Assembly (NCBI GenBank): GCA_964646375.1 | Contig: CAZYEF010000001.1 | Location: 1 to 52,649, forward strand | Direction: 5' to 3' | Source: an uncultured Nitrospiraceae bacterium | Lineage (GTDB): Bacteria > Nitrospirota > UBA9217 | Length of the DNA: 52,649 nt | In this document: positions 17,571 to 27,156 of the stretch, piece after piece | Layout: every line of letters starts with the position of its first letter | Numbering within the stretch: the stretch's first letter is position 1 | The notes under the pieces: generated by a model | Database searches by the model: none | Told to the model about the DNA's origin: nothing | Seen by the model: the letters and a program-made list of their open reading frames with translations, nothing else | Translations under genes and position numbers: made by a program

Positions 17571-19094
17571 TCAGACGGCTCGGGAATCGTTGCCGCCGGC
17601 GCGCCTGGTGAAACGTAGAAACGTGGGCAGATCAATCCAGAAACGCCGCCAGCTGTCGGGAGATTTCCATATCATCGATGCATATCCCAGAATCGTCCTC
17701 CCCCTGGAAAAGTACCTCCGGTAAAACTCAAGGTGATGCCTTTCCAGGGAATCCCTGGTAAACCCATCAGGAATGAAAGTGAAATTGGCTGCATTCATCA
17801 GTTCCCAGTTTTCATCGAACCTGCCGAATCTGTTAATGTCCTGATACATGGGAGATCCCGGGAACGGGGTCAGCTTGGACAGGTTGAAGTCGTCAAGCGG
17901 CAGGCTGAACACATAATCCATGCTTCTCCGAACACTCTCTTCGGTTTCTCCCGGCAAACCGAGCATGAAAAGACCTTTGACCCGTATCCCGTGATTTTTT
18001 ATCAGAGCGATCATGTCCCGTATGTTTTCCAGCGGATTTTGCATCGGACTGGTTGACAGATAGGAACGATGCCGTTTCAGAAGCGCGGGATCACCCGTCT
18101 CGATGCCGATGCTGATCATCCAGCACCCCGCCTTTTTGAGCATTACAAGCATTTCCGAATCCAGTTGTTCCGTCCGGGCCGCGCAGTTGAAGGTCATCCT
18201 GTTGCCGGATTCGATTTTGATTCTGCAGAAGTCAAGCACGCGTTTTCTCTGCAGGGTAAAGGTGTCGTCATAGATGTTCACATGCCTGATATTGAAACGC
18301 TGCTGCAGATGGTTCAGATATTGCAACATGTATTCGGGAGAGTTGTAACGGTAGGTGTTGCGGAATACGGAACGGTCGCAGTAGGAACAGGTATAGGGGC
18401 AGCCCCGGCTGGTGATAATCGTGGTGTTCGGAGCCTTGGGGTAGCTAAAAATGGGAAGACGGTAACTTCCTGGAAAACCGTGCAGTTTTTCGTAGGCCGG
18501 AAATGGCAGGCTGTCCATGTCAATCAGCTTCCTGCGAAAGCCGTTGAAGATGATCTCCCCCCCATCACGGAATACGAGCCCTTCGATGGAATTCAGGTTG
18601 ACGCCATCCGCCTCAACCAGTTCCCGTAAGGTCTCTTCACCCTCACCCACAACCCCATAATCAATAACAGGGTAATCCTCAAGGAGGCGTTCGCGCAGGG
18701 AAGACATGTGGACCCCTCCGAACACGATCTTTGCGGTCGGCAGGGTGTCCTTTACCTTGTTTGCAAGGCGAATCCCGTCCAGAAAGCTTGACGTCGTTGT
18801 TGAAAAGCAGACAAACTCCGGCCTTTCGCTTTTCAGACAGGAATAGATCCTGTCGTCCAGTCCGGGAAAAGCAAAGCAGTCGTGAACCGTTGTCTTGTGG
18901 CCGCTCTTTTCCATCCAGGCTGATAACGAGAGGAGGCCGAGGGGCGGCATGATGTTAACCACCCGGGTGATGTTACGGTCTCCGGGGGTCCAGTTTTCAC
19001 CTTGGGGGTGAATGAACAGAATCGTTTTCTGGGTTGTCAATGAGCACTCCTTTAAGAGGGCGGTTTGTTGCATTGGAGATCCGGAACATGGCAA
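17571..19094 (-). CDS. B12-binding domain radical SAM enzyme
   Basis: N-terminal cobalamin-binding-like domain (ILFIHPQ..., VCFSTTTSS, IVFGGVH) followed by the radical-SAM cluster motif SRGCPYTCSYCD. Convergent with the 16008 gene (18-nt gap). The exact start is uncertain (19094 or 19073). Confidence 0.85.
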   Translation of the reverse strand: MPCSGSPMQQTALLKECSLTTQKTILFIHPQGENWTPGDRNITRVVNIMPPLGLLSLSAWMEKSGHKTTVHDCFAFPGLDDRIYSCLKSERPEFVCFSTTTSSFLDGIRLANKVKDTLPTAKIVFGGVHMSSLRERLLEDYPVIDYGVVGEGEETLRELVEADGVNLNSIEGLVFRDGGEIIFNGFRRKLIDMDSLPFPAYEKLHGFPGSYRLPIFSYPKAPNTTIITSRGCPYTCSYCDRSVFRNTYRYNSPEYMLQYLNHLQQRFNIRHVNIYDDTFTLQRKRVLDFCRIKIESGNRMTFNCAARTEQLDSEMLVMLKKAGCWMISIGIETGDPALLKRHRSYLSTSPMQNPLENIRDMIALIKNHGIRVKGLFMLGLPGETEESVRRSMDYVFSLPLDDFNLSKLTPFPGSPMYQDINRFGRFDENWELMNAANFTFIPDGFTRDSLERHHLEFYRRYFSRGRTILGYASMIWKSPDSWRRFWIDLPTFLRFTRRAGGNDSRAV

Positions 19095-19429
19095 TATGAC
19101 GGAGCAAACGATATTTCAGCAAAAAACAATACCAAGATACAATTCAATTAGCTATCTGTTTTTACTGCCGGTTTTACCTCTTTGCCGGCTCGGCTGGAAA
19201 TGCCTTGACCGGCATGGAGCTGAATGATAGCGTGCTCAAAAAATGCGATCAAAAGGGCCGGTGACGTGGGGCTGACGGAAGTGCGGCCAGAAAAGAAAAA
19301 TATGTGGTAACTGTCATTGCACAATCTTTGAGTTTGCTTTCTTTAAAACAGAAGTTTATCATGACAAAATTTGACTTTGTTTATTGATTGTTGTGCCTTA
19401 TTTTAAATAAACAATTAATTCAAAATGTT

Positions 19430-22102
19430 ATGTGCTTTAGGGGTCCCTGTTTGAAATTGAACCTGCTTGCATTCCTGCTGATCCTGGCGCTCTTGTTTTC
19501 GGCTTGTGGCAGGAAGACAAAGGAAGAACTGTTTTCCGAGGGAGTCAGGCAGCTGAAGGATGCAAATCCCGGTGGGGCCGTTGTTCTGTTTAAAAATGCC
19601 CTTGAAAAGGATGAGAACTATCTTGACGCCAGATTCCAGTTGGCCAGGGCGTATGCGGCACTGGGAAAGAATGAACAGTCGGAAAAAGAATTCTTGAAGG
19701 TGCTGAGACAGAATCCTTCCCGTGATGAGGTCCTGCTGGAACTGGCGGCTCTTTATAACGCCATGAAAAGAGGTGACCGGGCTTTCAGGCTGGCGGAACG
19801 TTATCTTTCCAGGCACCCCGGTGACCTCGAAGGTTTGGAAGTTCTTGGCATCTCGCGTGCCGTCGGTTCAAGGTTTGATGAAGCTGAAAGCTATTTACTG
19901 CAGGCGCTGGCCGCTGACCCCGGCCGGACGAAGACGAAGCTTGAACTTGCATCCGTCTATGTGTCTTCTGGCAGAAAGCAGAAGGCAAAAAGCCTCCTGG
20001 AAGAACTTCTCGGAACGGATCCGAAAGTGGTACGCGCCTACTATTTGCTTGCCGCCATTGAAAAGTCGGAGGGTAACCAGGAAAAGGCGCTTGAAATATA
20101 CCAGAGAATTCTGGCCGTCGATTCCTCGGATACTCTTGCTGCTTACAAATGCGGCCTGATCCATATTGAAAAGAGTGATTTGAACAGGGCTGCCAGAATA
20201 GCCGAAGACCTGATCAGAAGATTTCCACAACGAGCTCATGGCTACTGTCTGAAAGGTCTTGTGAACTTCCAGCGGGAGAATTATGCGGACGCGACCAGCA
20301 ATTTCAATGCATCGCTGAATATCACTCCCCTTTTGGAGGCGTATTATTTTCTCGGTCTCTGCTATTACAATCGGGGAGAACTGGAAAACGCATTGAATCA
20401 ATTCCGCTGCATTCTGGATGTCGTGCCCGATTCAAGAGAGGCCCGCCTTATGACGGGGATGATTCTTATCGGCCAGAAACGGCTCGACGATGCGATCAAC
20501 GAAATCCAGAAGGTCCTGCAGAAAAATGATGGCGATGCAATAGCCCACAATCTGCTGGGGAACGTATATATAGCAAGGGGTTTCTTTAATGAAGGTATGC
20601 GTGAGTTCAGCCGCGCAAACCAGATAGATCCCAAGATAGTCGATGCTTATTTAAGGAAGGGGTACTTCTATTTCAACCGTGGAGAAAAAAACGAGGTTGA
20701 ATCCGGTCTGGCAAGCGCTGTCCGGGCAGCCCCTGACATCCTTAATAACAGATTGATGCTTGCATCCTATTATCTGAAGTCCGGCAGTGCCACCAAGGCC
20801 CTGGCAGTTTTGAAAGCCGGTCTGAGCGGCAAGAAGAGTGACGCATGCCTTTATAACAGTATGGCCGCAATCTGTTTTTCGTTGAGAAAACAGGATGAGG
20901 GAATAAAATACATAAAAATGGCCAAAAATATTGACCCTCTCTTTCCCGCCTCCTATCAGAATATGGCAACATATTATGCGGCCATGGGCGACTTTGACAA
21001 TGCCATTGAAGAGTATGCCGTTCTGTTGAAAAACGACCCGAAAAATCTCAGGGCCATTCTTGGTCTGGCCGTTTTGTATGAGAAAAAAGGTAATGACTCT
21101 GGAGTTTTTTTCTATTTGCAGAAAGCGCTTGAAATAAAGGCGCCTGCCGCGTATTTGGCCAACGCCGATTATTACTTCAAAAGACGGGATGTAAAAAAAG
21201 CGATTAAAGTGCTTGATGAAGCCTTGAAGATTGATGCTCATAATTTGAACGTCCTGGAGATGAAGGGTCGGGTTCTTCTTTACGACAGGAAGTTCAAGGA
21301 GGCGGTCAGAATCTTCGAAGAGGTGGAAAACATTAATCCCGATGCGGGGATAGCCTATAAAATCACTGTTTTTGTTGCCATGAAGGATACCGAAAAGGCC
21401 GTCGAACAGGTGAGGAGAAACATTGCAAGAAATCCCGGCTCCGCCCGGGGATATATGGTCCTTGGCTCAATATTCGAAAACCAGAAGGATTACCCCCGCG
21501 CCATAAGAGAGGTGCAGAGGGGGGTCAGTGTTGAACCCGGCAATGTACGGGCCATTCTTTATCTTGGGAAACTTCACGAAATCGTAGGAGATTACCGCCG
21601 GGCCATGATACTGTACCAAGACGCCTGCGACAGGAAGCCGAGATTTGTGCCGGCTCTCTTCGCCCAGGGTGCGCTGCTGGACATTACCGGCAAAAAGAGG
21701 GAGGCTGCCGACAAATATCGGGCCGTTCTTGAAATAAGTGATAATTACGTACCCGCATTAAACAATCTGGCCTATCTGTGCGCGTCCGGATATGGAAGCG
21801 CCCGTGAGGCGCTTCGCTTTGCGGCTGCCGCGTACAGAAACGAGCCTGATGACGCGCGGACCATGGATACGTACGGTTTTGCACTGTTGAAGAACAATCG
21901 TTATGATGAAGCAATAAGCATATTGGAAAAAGCGGTCAGCCTGCTACCAGGCAACCCGACCATGTACTACCATTTGGCTGTTGCGTACAGGGGATCCGGG
22001 GACAGGACGAGCACATTGAGACTCCTGCGGCGCTCCCTTTCTTTTGGCGAATTTCCTGAATCAAATGCGGCGGCTTCCCTTGCTGCTGAATTGAAAAGAT
22101 AA
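19430..22102 (+). CDS. prsT: PEP-CTERM-system TPR-repeat lipoprotein (PrsT-like)
   Basis: About 890 aa of consecutive TPR-like 34-aa repeats. Lipoprotein signal with lipobox LLFSAC. Size and position at the head of an exosortase locus match the PrsT family. Start is either the ATG at 19430 or the TTG at 19451, which has an AGGGG SD 7 nt upstream and gives MKLNLLAFLLILALLFSAC. Confidence 0.85.
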   Translation: MCFRGPCLKLNLLAFLLILALLFSACGRKTKEELFSEGVRQLKDANPGGAVVLFKNALEKDENYLDARFQLARAYAALGKNEQSEKEFLKVLRQNPSRDEVLLELAALYNAMKRGDRAFRLAERYLSRHPGDLEGLEVLGISRAVGSRFDEAESYLLQALAADPGRTKTKLELASVYVSSGRKQKAKSLLEELLGTDPKVVRAYYLLAAIEKSEGNQEKALEIYQRILAVDSSDTLAAYKCGLIHIEKSDLNRAARIAEDLIRRFPQRAHGYCLKGLVNFQRENYADATSNFNASLNITPLLEAYYFLGLCYYNRGELENALNQFRCILDVVPDSREARLMTGMILIGQKRLDDAINEIQKVLQKNDGDAIAHNLLGNVYIARGFFNEGMREFSRANQIDPKIVDAYLRKGYFYFNRGEKNEVESGLASAVRAAPDILNNRLMLASYYLKSGSATKALAVLKAGLSGKKSDACLYNSMAAICFSLRKQDEGIKYIKMAKNIDPLFPASYQNMATYYAAMGDFDNAIEEYAVLLKNDPKNLRAILGLAVLYEKKGNDSGVFFYLQKALEIKAPAAYLANADYYFKRRDVKKAIKVLDEALKIDAHNLNVLEMKGRVLLYDRKFKEAVRIFEEVENINPDAGIAYKITVFVAMKDTEKAVEQVRRNIARNPGSARGYMVLGSIFENQKDYPRAIREVQRGVSVEPGNVRAILYLGKLHEIVGDYRRAMILYQDACDRKPRFVPALFAQGALLDITGKKREAADKYRAVLEISDNYVPALNNLAYLCASGYGSAREALRFAAAAYRNEPDDARTMDTYGFALLKNNRYDEAISILEKAVSLLPGNPTMYYHLAVAYRGSGDRTSTLRLLRRSLSFGEFPESNAAASLAAELKR

Positions 22103-22112
22103 GAGACCATTG

Positions 22113-23501
22113 ATGCCTTTTCACGAAACGTTGATCATAGCTATAGATGCGGTCCTGGCTGTTGTGTCGCTCCATGTGGCAGCCGCTTTGTGGGCGGAAT
22201 ACGCCGGTATGGGGTTTGGGCTGCATGACGGCGATACTGTTCTGAAGTTTCTGGTGTTTGTTGTGATTGTAATCTTTTCTTCTCACCTGATGGATATCTA
22301 CGATTTTGAAAAAAATGTAAAAAAGCGTGAAATATTGATCAATATCATGTTTGGCGCGGTCACATCCTTTTCTTTCTTTGCGCTCCTCTACTATCTGAGG
22401 CCGGATATCATGTTGGGGCGAGGGGTATTATTCATATCGCTTGCATTTTTTGTCTTACTGCAGTTCTGCTGCCACGCGATCATCACCCGAAGTCAGTCAC
22501 GTTTTTCTAAGAACGTTCTAGTCCTGGGAACCGGAACTCTGGCTTCCCAGATAGGCGAGATGGCTGACTCCAACAAAAGAAATTTTTCCCTGGCGGGGTA
22601 TGCTTCCTGCGTCAATGGCAGCATTGCCGTAAATGGAGGGGTAAACGACGGATGCGTGGTCTCTCAGGACCAAATTGTCGGTGTCTCCGATGATCTTCTC
22701 GCCGCGGCGCGCAAGGTCAACGCCGCACTGATTGTTGTTGCGCTTTCCGAGAGGAGGGGGCATTTCCCTCTCAGGGATGTTCTCACATGCAAATTGAATG
22801 GTATTGATATCATGGATGCCCCTTCTTTTTATGAGATTGTACAGGGCAAGCTGATGCTGGAATCAATAACGCCCAGTTGGATAATTTTCTCAAGCGGGTT
22901 CCGCAGAACCACTCTGTTCAGTTTTAGTAAAAGAACCATCGATATCGTCCTGGCAACGATTGGTCTGATAGTGTCTCTCCCGCTTTATCCTTTGATAGCG
23001 CTTGCGATCAAACTTGATTCACCCGGTCCTGTTTTTTTCAGGCAGGAGAGGGTCGGTTACAATGAAAAGTTGTTTGTTCTCTACAAGTTCAGGACCATGC
23101 GGCAGGATGCCGAGGCAGAAACCGGGGCGAAGTGGGCTGAGAAAAACGATCCCCGGATAACCAGGTTCGGCCGCTTTCTGCGAGGCTCCCGTATTGACGA
23201 GCTTCCGCAACTCATCAATGTTATGAAAGGTGAAATGAGTCTTGTCGGGCCTCGTCCGGAGCGCCCTGAATTTGTAGAAAAGCTTAAACAGATCATACCG
23301 TACTATTCGAAGCGACACTTCATCAGTCCCGGGTTGACGGGGTGGGCGCAAGTCAGATACCCATACGGTTCAACTGTTGAAGACGCCGTGGAAAAATTGC
23401 GCTATGATTTATACTATACGAAGAACGTTTGTCCGTTCCTTGATACGCTCATATTCTTTGAAACTATAAAGGTCGTCCTCTTCGGGCGTGGTGGACGTTA
23501 A
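22113..23501 (+). CDS. Polyprenyl-phosphate glycosyl-1-phosphate transferase (bacterial sugar transferase, EpsB-type priming enzyme)
   Basis: N-terminal TM helices, a central Rossmann-like region (VLVLGTGTLASQIG) and a C-terminal Bac_transf block PGPVFFRQERVGYNEKLFVLYKFRTM...DELPQLINVMKGEMSLVGPRPERPEF. Confidence 0.9.
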   Translation: MPFHETLIIAIDAVLAVVSLHVAAALWAEYAGMGFGLHDGDTVLKFLVFVVIVIFSSHLMDIYDFEKNVKKREILINIMFGAVTSFSFFALLYYLRPDIMLGRGVLFISLAFFVLLQFCCHAIITRSQSRFSKNVLVLGTGTLASQIGEMADSNKRNFSLAGYASCVNGSIAVNGGVNDGCVVSQDQIVGVSDDLLAAARKVNAALIVVALSERRGHFPLRDVLTCKLNGIDIMDAPSFYEIVQGKLMLESITPSWIIFSSGFRRTTLFSFSKRTIDIVLATIGLIVSLPLYPLIALAIKLDSPGPVFFRQERVGYNEKLFVLYKFRTMRQDAEAETGAKWAEKNDPRITRFGRFLRGSRIDELPQLINVMKGEMSLVGPRPERPEFVEKLKQIIPYYSKRHFISPGLTGWAQVRYPYGSTVEDAVEKLRYDLYYTKNVCPFLDTLIFFETIKVVLFGRGGR

Positions 23502-23539
23502 TATCAGGACTGGTCTAAATTCGGCGACGAGGTGACAAA

Positions 23540-24427
23540 ATGATTCGAAAACTGACAATCATGTTGCTGGCAGTGACGTTGATGTTTTCTTTGTCGGCAC
23601 AGGCCGGAGATTATGTCATTGGTGAAGGTGATGGACTTGATATCGCTGTCTGGGGGGTCAGGGAACTCAATGTCTCGGTGCGCGTGAGACCCGATGGTAA
23701 AATAACCATTCCAGGTTTGGGAGAGGTGAAGGCTAGTGGGGTTACCCCTAAGGTGCTGCAGGATCAACTGTCGGTACAGTTGAGAGAACTGGTTAAAAAC
23801 CCGATTGTAACCGTTACTGTCCGGGAAATAACCAACAGCCGTGTGTACATTTTCGGCGGAGGGGTGAATTCGGGTGTATATGATCTGAACAGAAGAACTA
23901 CCCTGCTCCAGCTTCTGTGTATGATCGGCAGTACCACTTCGTCTCCGGCTTCAGGTGGGGGGGCGCCTGCTGCTGCGGCAACTGGAAACGCCGCCGGACG
24001 ACCGGCGTCATCGGCCACTGCTCCTGATTTCAAGAAGGCTTATGTTCTCCGCAACGGCAAAAAGATCAAGGAGAATTTCTCAAGACTTTTCATCAACGGA
24101 GACATCTCTGATGACATTGTGATCGAATCCAACGATGCCGTGTTCATCCCCCAGATGTTTGACAGAAATATTTATGTTCTGGGGGCGGTAAACGCACCAC
24201 GTTCAATTGAATTTCGCGACGGGATAACGGTGATGGAGGCGATACTGGAGTCGGGAGGCTTCACCAGATTCGCAAAGGAAAATGCTACTCTGATTTACAG
24301 AAGAGTGGGTGGCAGGGAGACTACAATAGAAGTCCGCGCAAAAGATCTGGTGAGAGAAGGCGACCTGCGCCAGAACGTCAGACTTGCGCCGGGAGATTAC
24401 GTGATAGTGAAGGAAGGGATGTTTTAG
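23540..24427 (+). CDS. Outer-membrane polysaccharide export protein (OPX/Wza-like, EpsE-type)
   Basis: Signal peptide ending SLSAQA|GD. Poly_export block YVIGEGDGLDIAVWG...VRPDGKITIPGLGEVKASGVTP. C-terminal SLBB-like block NIYVLGAVNAPRSIEF...GDYVIV. GAGG SD upstream. Confidence 0.85.
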   Translation: MIRKLTIMLLAVTLMFSLSAQAGDYVIGEGDGLDIAVWGVRELNVSVRVRPDGKITIPGLGEVKASGVTPKVLQDQLSVQLRELVKNPIVTVTVREITNSRVYIFGGGVNSGVYDLNRRTTLLQLLCMIGSTTSSPASGGGAPAAAATGNAAGRPASSATAPDFKKAYVLRNGKKIKENFSRLFINGDISDDIVIESNDAVFIPQMFDRNIYVLGAVNAPRSIEFRDGITVMEAILESGGFTRFAKENATLIYRRVGGRETTIEVRAKDLVREGDLRQNVRLAPGDYVIVKEGMF

Positions 24428-24556
24428 ATCTTTTGGCATTCTGCTGTAGCGATGGGGAGACGCATGGTTTCGATGCGCGATCGCTCACCGTGGATGTCGA
24501 TTTGGTTCTGATATTGCGTCGGTGCAGTTTTTTTCAAGGGAACAGGATGACAATAG

Positions 24557-26011
24557 ATGTCAAACGAATTTGATTATCTGAAATTTCAAAAACTTTTGTA
24601 TAAGCACAAGCGTCTGTTCGCCGTTGTGTCATTGGCAGTAATGACCCTGGGAGTTGGCATCGGTTACATTCTGCCCAAAAAGTATGTGGCTCAGAGTGTC
24701 GTTTATGTCTCCCGGAGTGTTCTGAACGATTTGGTGAGGGGAATTGCTGTAACGCCGAGCGTGGAAGAGACTCTCAGGGGGCTGGACTCGACAATGAAGA
24801 GCAGATCGGTTCTGTCCAAGGTTGTAAATGACCTGGATCTTAACCTGAACAAACAGAGCGAGACCCGTGTGGAGGGGCTTATCGATGACCTGCGAAACAG
24901 GACTGACCTGCAGCTAAACGACAAGGAAGGTTTGATAACCATCAAGTTCACGGACCAGAATCCCAGGATAGCGCGGGATTATATTAATGCTCTGGTACGT
25001 CATTACATCGAGGAAAATCTCTCCACAAAACGCGAGGAATCATATGGAGCAGCCAGTTTTCTCTCTGAACAGATTGCATCGGTCAAAGTGAAACTGGACC
25101 GTTCCAATGCCGAGATAAGCAAATTCAGACGGGAAAAGGGATCTGCTCTCGCCGGCAATTCGGGTGGCGTGCAAATCGACATATCTGCCGCGCAACAGCA
25201 TCTTGACGACCTGGCTTTGAGACGCTCTCAACTGGAGATTTCGCGCAACCAGTTGAGGAGCAGTAACCCGGTGCGTGCCCGACTGGTAACTTTGCAGCGC
25301 AGGCTCGAAGAGCTTAGGGTCGAGTATACCGATAACTACCCGGAGGTTATTAAGGTCAAGTCTGACATTGAGGCGGCCCAGCACGAGCTTGCCAGGGGAG
25401 GAGGGGGCGTTGCGGACCCCCATGAGCTGGCCCGTATTGAGGCTGAGATCAATGCCGTAAGGATGAGCGAAGCAAGACAACGGGCGACGATTGCCACTAA
25501 CAGGGGGCCGGCGAGAGAAAATCCAATCGTCAGGTCTGAGCTGGATAAACTTGAACAGGAAAGACACAATTACCAGACTCTCTATGATCAACTGGTGGCC
25601 AGGAGCAATCAGGCTGAAGTCTCGAAACAGATGGAAGTGCAGGATAAATCGACAACTTTCAAGATCCTGGAACCTGCGGTAATGCCCGCCTATCCCATAA
25701 GCCCGAACCGGGTAAGAATAATTCTCATGGGGATTGCAGCCGGAATAGCAGCAGGTATCGGTTTGCTGATGGCAATCGACTTTTTCGACAAAAGTATTAA
25801 GAGCATGGAGGAATTGAAGAGTTTCGGGGTTCCTGTCGTTGCGGTGATACCCAAAATCAGTGATCCAAACACGGTCGCGCTTGAACGGCGTCGAGACAGG
25901 AGATGCTATACCATTTCCGGCATGTACTTTTCAGCGATCGTTGCCCTATTGGTTTTCGAATTTATCGGAGTTTCCCCGGTGGATGAAATCGTCCGGTTTA
26001 TTAGTGGATGA
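24557..26011 (+). CDS. Polysaccharide chain-length determinant (PCP/Wzz family, EpsF-type, kinase-less)
   Basis: N-terminal TM (LFAVVSLAVMTLGVGIGYIL), a long coiled-coil periplasmic region and a second TM near the C-terminus (IILMGIAAGIAAGIGLLMAIDFF). Confidence 0.85.
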   Translation: MSNEFDYLKFQKLLYKHKRLFAVVSLAVMTLGVGIGYILPKKYVAQSVVYVSRSVLNDLVRGIAVTPSVEETLRGLDSTMKSRSVLSKVVNDLDLNLNKQSETRVEGLIDDLRNRTDLQLNDKEGLITIKFTDQNPRIARDYINALVRHYIEENLSTKREESYGAASFLSEQIASVKVKLDRSNAEISKFRREKGSALAGNSGGVQIDISAAQQHLDDLALRRSQLEISRNQLRSSNPVRARLVTLQRRLEELRVEYTDNYPEVIKVKSDIEAAQHELARGGGGVADPHELARIEAEINAVRMSEARQRATIATNRGPARENPIVRSELDKLEQERHNYQTLYDQLVARSNQAEVSKQMEVQDKSTTFKILEPAVMPAYPISPNRVRIILMGIAAGIAAGIGLLMAIDFFDKSIKSMEELKSFGVPVVAVIPKISDPNTVALERRRDRRCYTISGMYFSAIVALLVFEFIGVSPVDEIVRFISG

Positions 26012-26107
26012 CTTGGGGTGACAGTTCTGGGCGAATGCGTGGTTGCTTTCCGACTTTGCTGCAATCGTTTTCGCTGACTTATTTTGCCGAACAGGGAAAG
26101 GAACCAC

Positions 26108-27106
26108 ATGAGTAGAATCGAACGAGCTCTCGAAAAGGCTGCCAGATTGAGAAACAGTCCGACGGCCGCTCCGCTTTCCGTCAAGGAAATCGAGGCCAGG
26201 CGATCCGAAGAGCAGGTTCAAAAACAGGATGAAACACACGTCGAAAAACAGATTGAAAAACATGCTGCGCCGCCAATACCGGATAGAGGGGTGTCTCTGG
26301 CGCATGTTGACAATCCCATGATAGCCATTCTGAGCGACCCCCATTCACCAGTCAGTGAAGAGTACAGAAAGTTGAAGTCAGCTGTCGTGGACTTCGCACA
26401 GCAGGGGCGCTTCAATAACGTCATCATGGTGACAAGTTCGGTCAGCTGCGAGGGTAAAAGCCTTACAACCATTAACCTGGCCGTTACTTTAGCCCAGGAA
26501 TTCGACCATACCGTCCTTCTCATTGATGCCGACTTGAGAAAACCATCAATCCATGACTATCTTGGTATAAAAAATGAGCTCGGCCTGTCCGACTATCTGG
26601 CCGGAAAAGCAGAACTGGGATCTCTGCTGATCAGAACCGCTCTGGGGAGGCTTAGCCTTCTGACTGCAGGGACACCACAGAGAAACCCGGTTGAACTGTT
26701 TTCATCACAACGGATGAAAGAGTTTGTTGTTGAAATAAAGAATCGTTATCCGGACCGATTCATAATCATCGATACCCCTCCCATTCTCCCGTTTGCGGAA
26801 ACCCGGTCATTAACCAGTATTGCTGATGGTGTTATATTTGTGGTCAGGGAAGGACATGCGACAGGGGAAAACGTGGCAGAAGCGTTGAAATCCATCCACA
26901 AATCCAAATTGATCTGTTCGGTTTACAATGATGCGACAATGGCCAGTCTGGATGGTCGTTCCCATTATTACTATTACGGCTATTCCTCCGGTTCGCAGTC
27001 TCGGAACAAGAATCTAGCTTTGACTGGCAACAGAAAAGTTGGAGACGGTCGTAGGGAGGGTTCCGGGAACTTTTTGAAACGAATCTTCGGGAGGAAAGAC
27101 CTTTGA
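26108..27106 (+). CDS. Bacterial tyrosine (BY) kinase, CpsD/CapB-like (EpsG-type)
   Basis: Walker A SSVSCEGKS, Walker A' LLIDADLRKP, Walker B FIIIDTPP and a C-terminal tyrosine cluster HYYYYGY. The ATG at 26108 is preferred over the ORF-track alternative start at 26084. Confidence 0.85.
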   Translation: MSRIERALEKAARLRNSPTAAPLSVKEIEARRSEEQVQKQDETHVEKQIEKHAAPPIPDRGVSLAHVDNPMIAILSDPHSPVSEEYRKLKSAVVDFAQQGRFNNVIMVTSSVSCEGKSLTTINLAVTLAQEFDHTVLLIDADLRKPSIHDYLGIKNELGLSDYLAGKAELGSLLIRTALGRLSLLTAGTPQRNPVELFSSQRMKEFVVEIKNRYPDRFIIIDTPPILPFAETRSLTSIADGVIFVVREGHATGENVAEALKSIHKSKLICSVYNDATMASLDGRSHYYYYGYSSGSQSRNKNLALTGNRKVGDGRREGSGNFLKRIFGRKDL

Positions 27107-27156
27107 ATGTGTGGACTTCATGAGTCAACAAGGAATGTGTAGGGGTGAGATTCAAC

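Noticed and set aside
19012-19227. 71-aa plus-strand ORF in the rSAM/prsT divergent region, considered as a possible radical-SAM precursor peptide.
   Set aside because: It starts inside and antisense to the rSAM coding region, has no SD, and shows no leader/core-like organisation or Cys/Ser/Thr-rich core.
19304-19320. Sigma54-like -24/-12 element TGGTAACTGTCATTGCA upstream of prsT. This is attractive because PEP-CTERM loci are known to use the sigma54-dependent PrsK/PrsR pair.
   Set aside because: The GG-to-GC spacing is 11 nt rather than the invariant 10, and the -24 box is TGGTAA rather than TGGCAC. It is too weak to call without TSS data.
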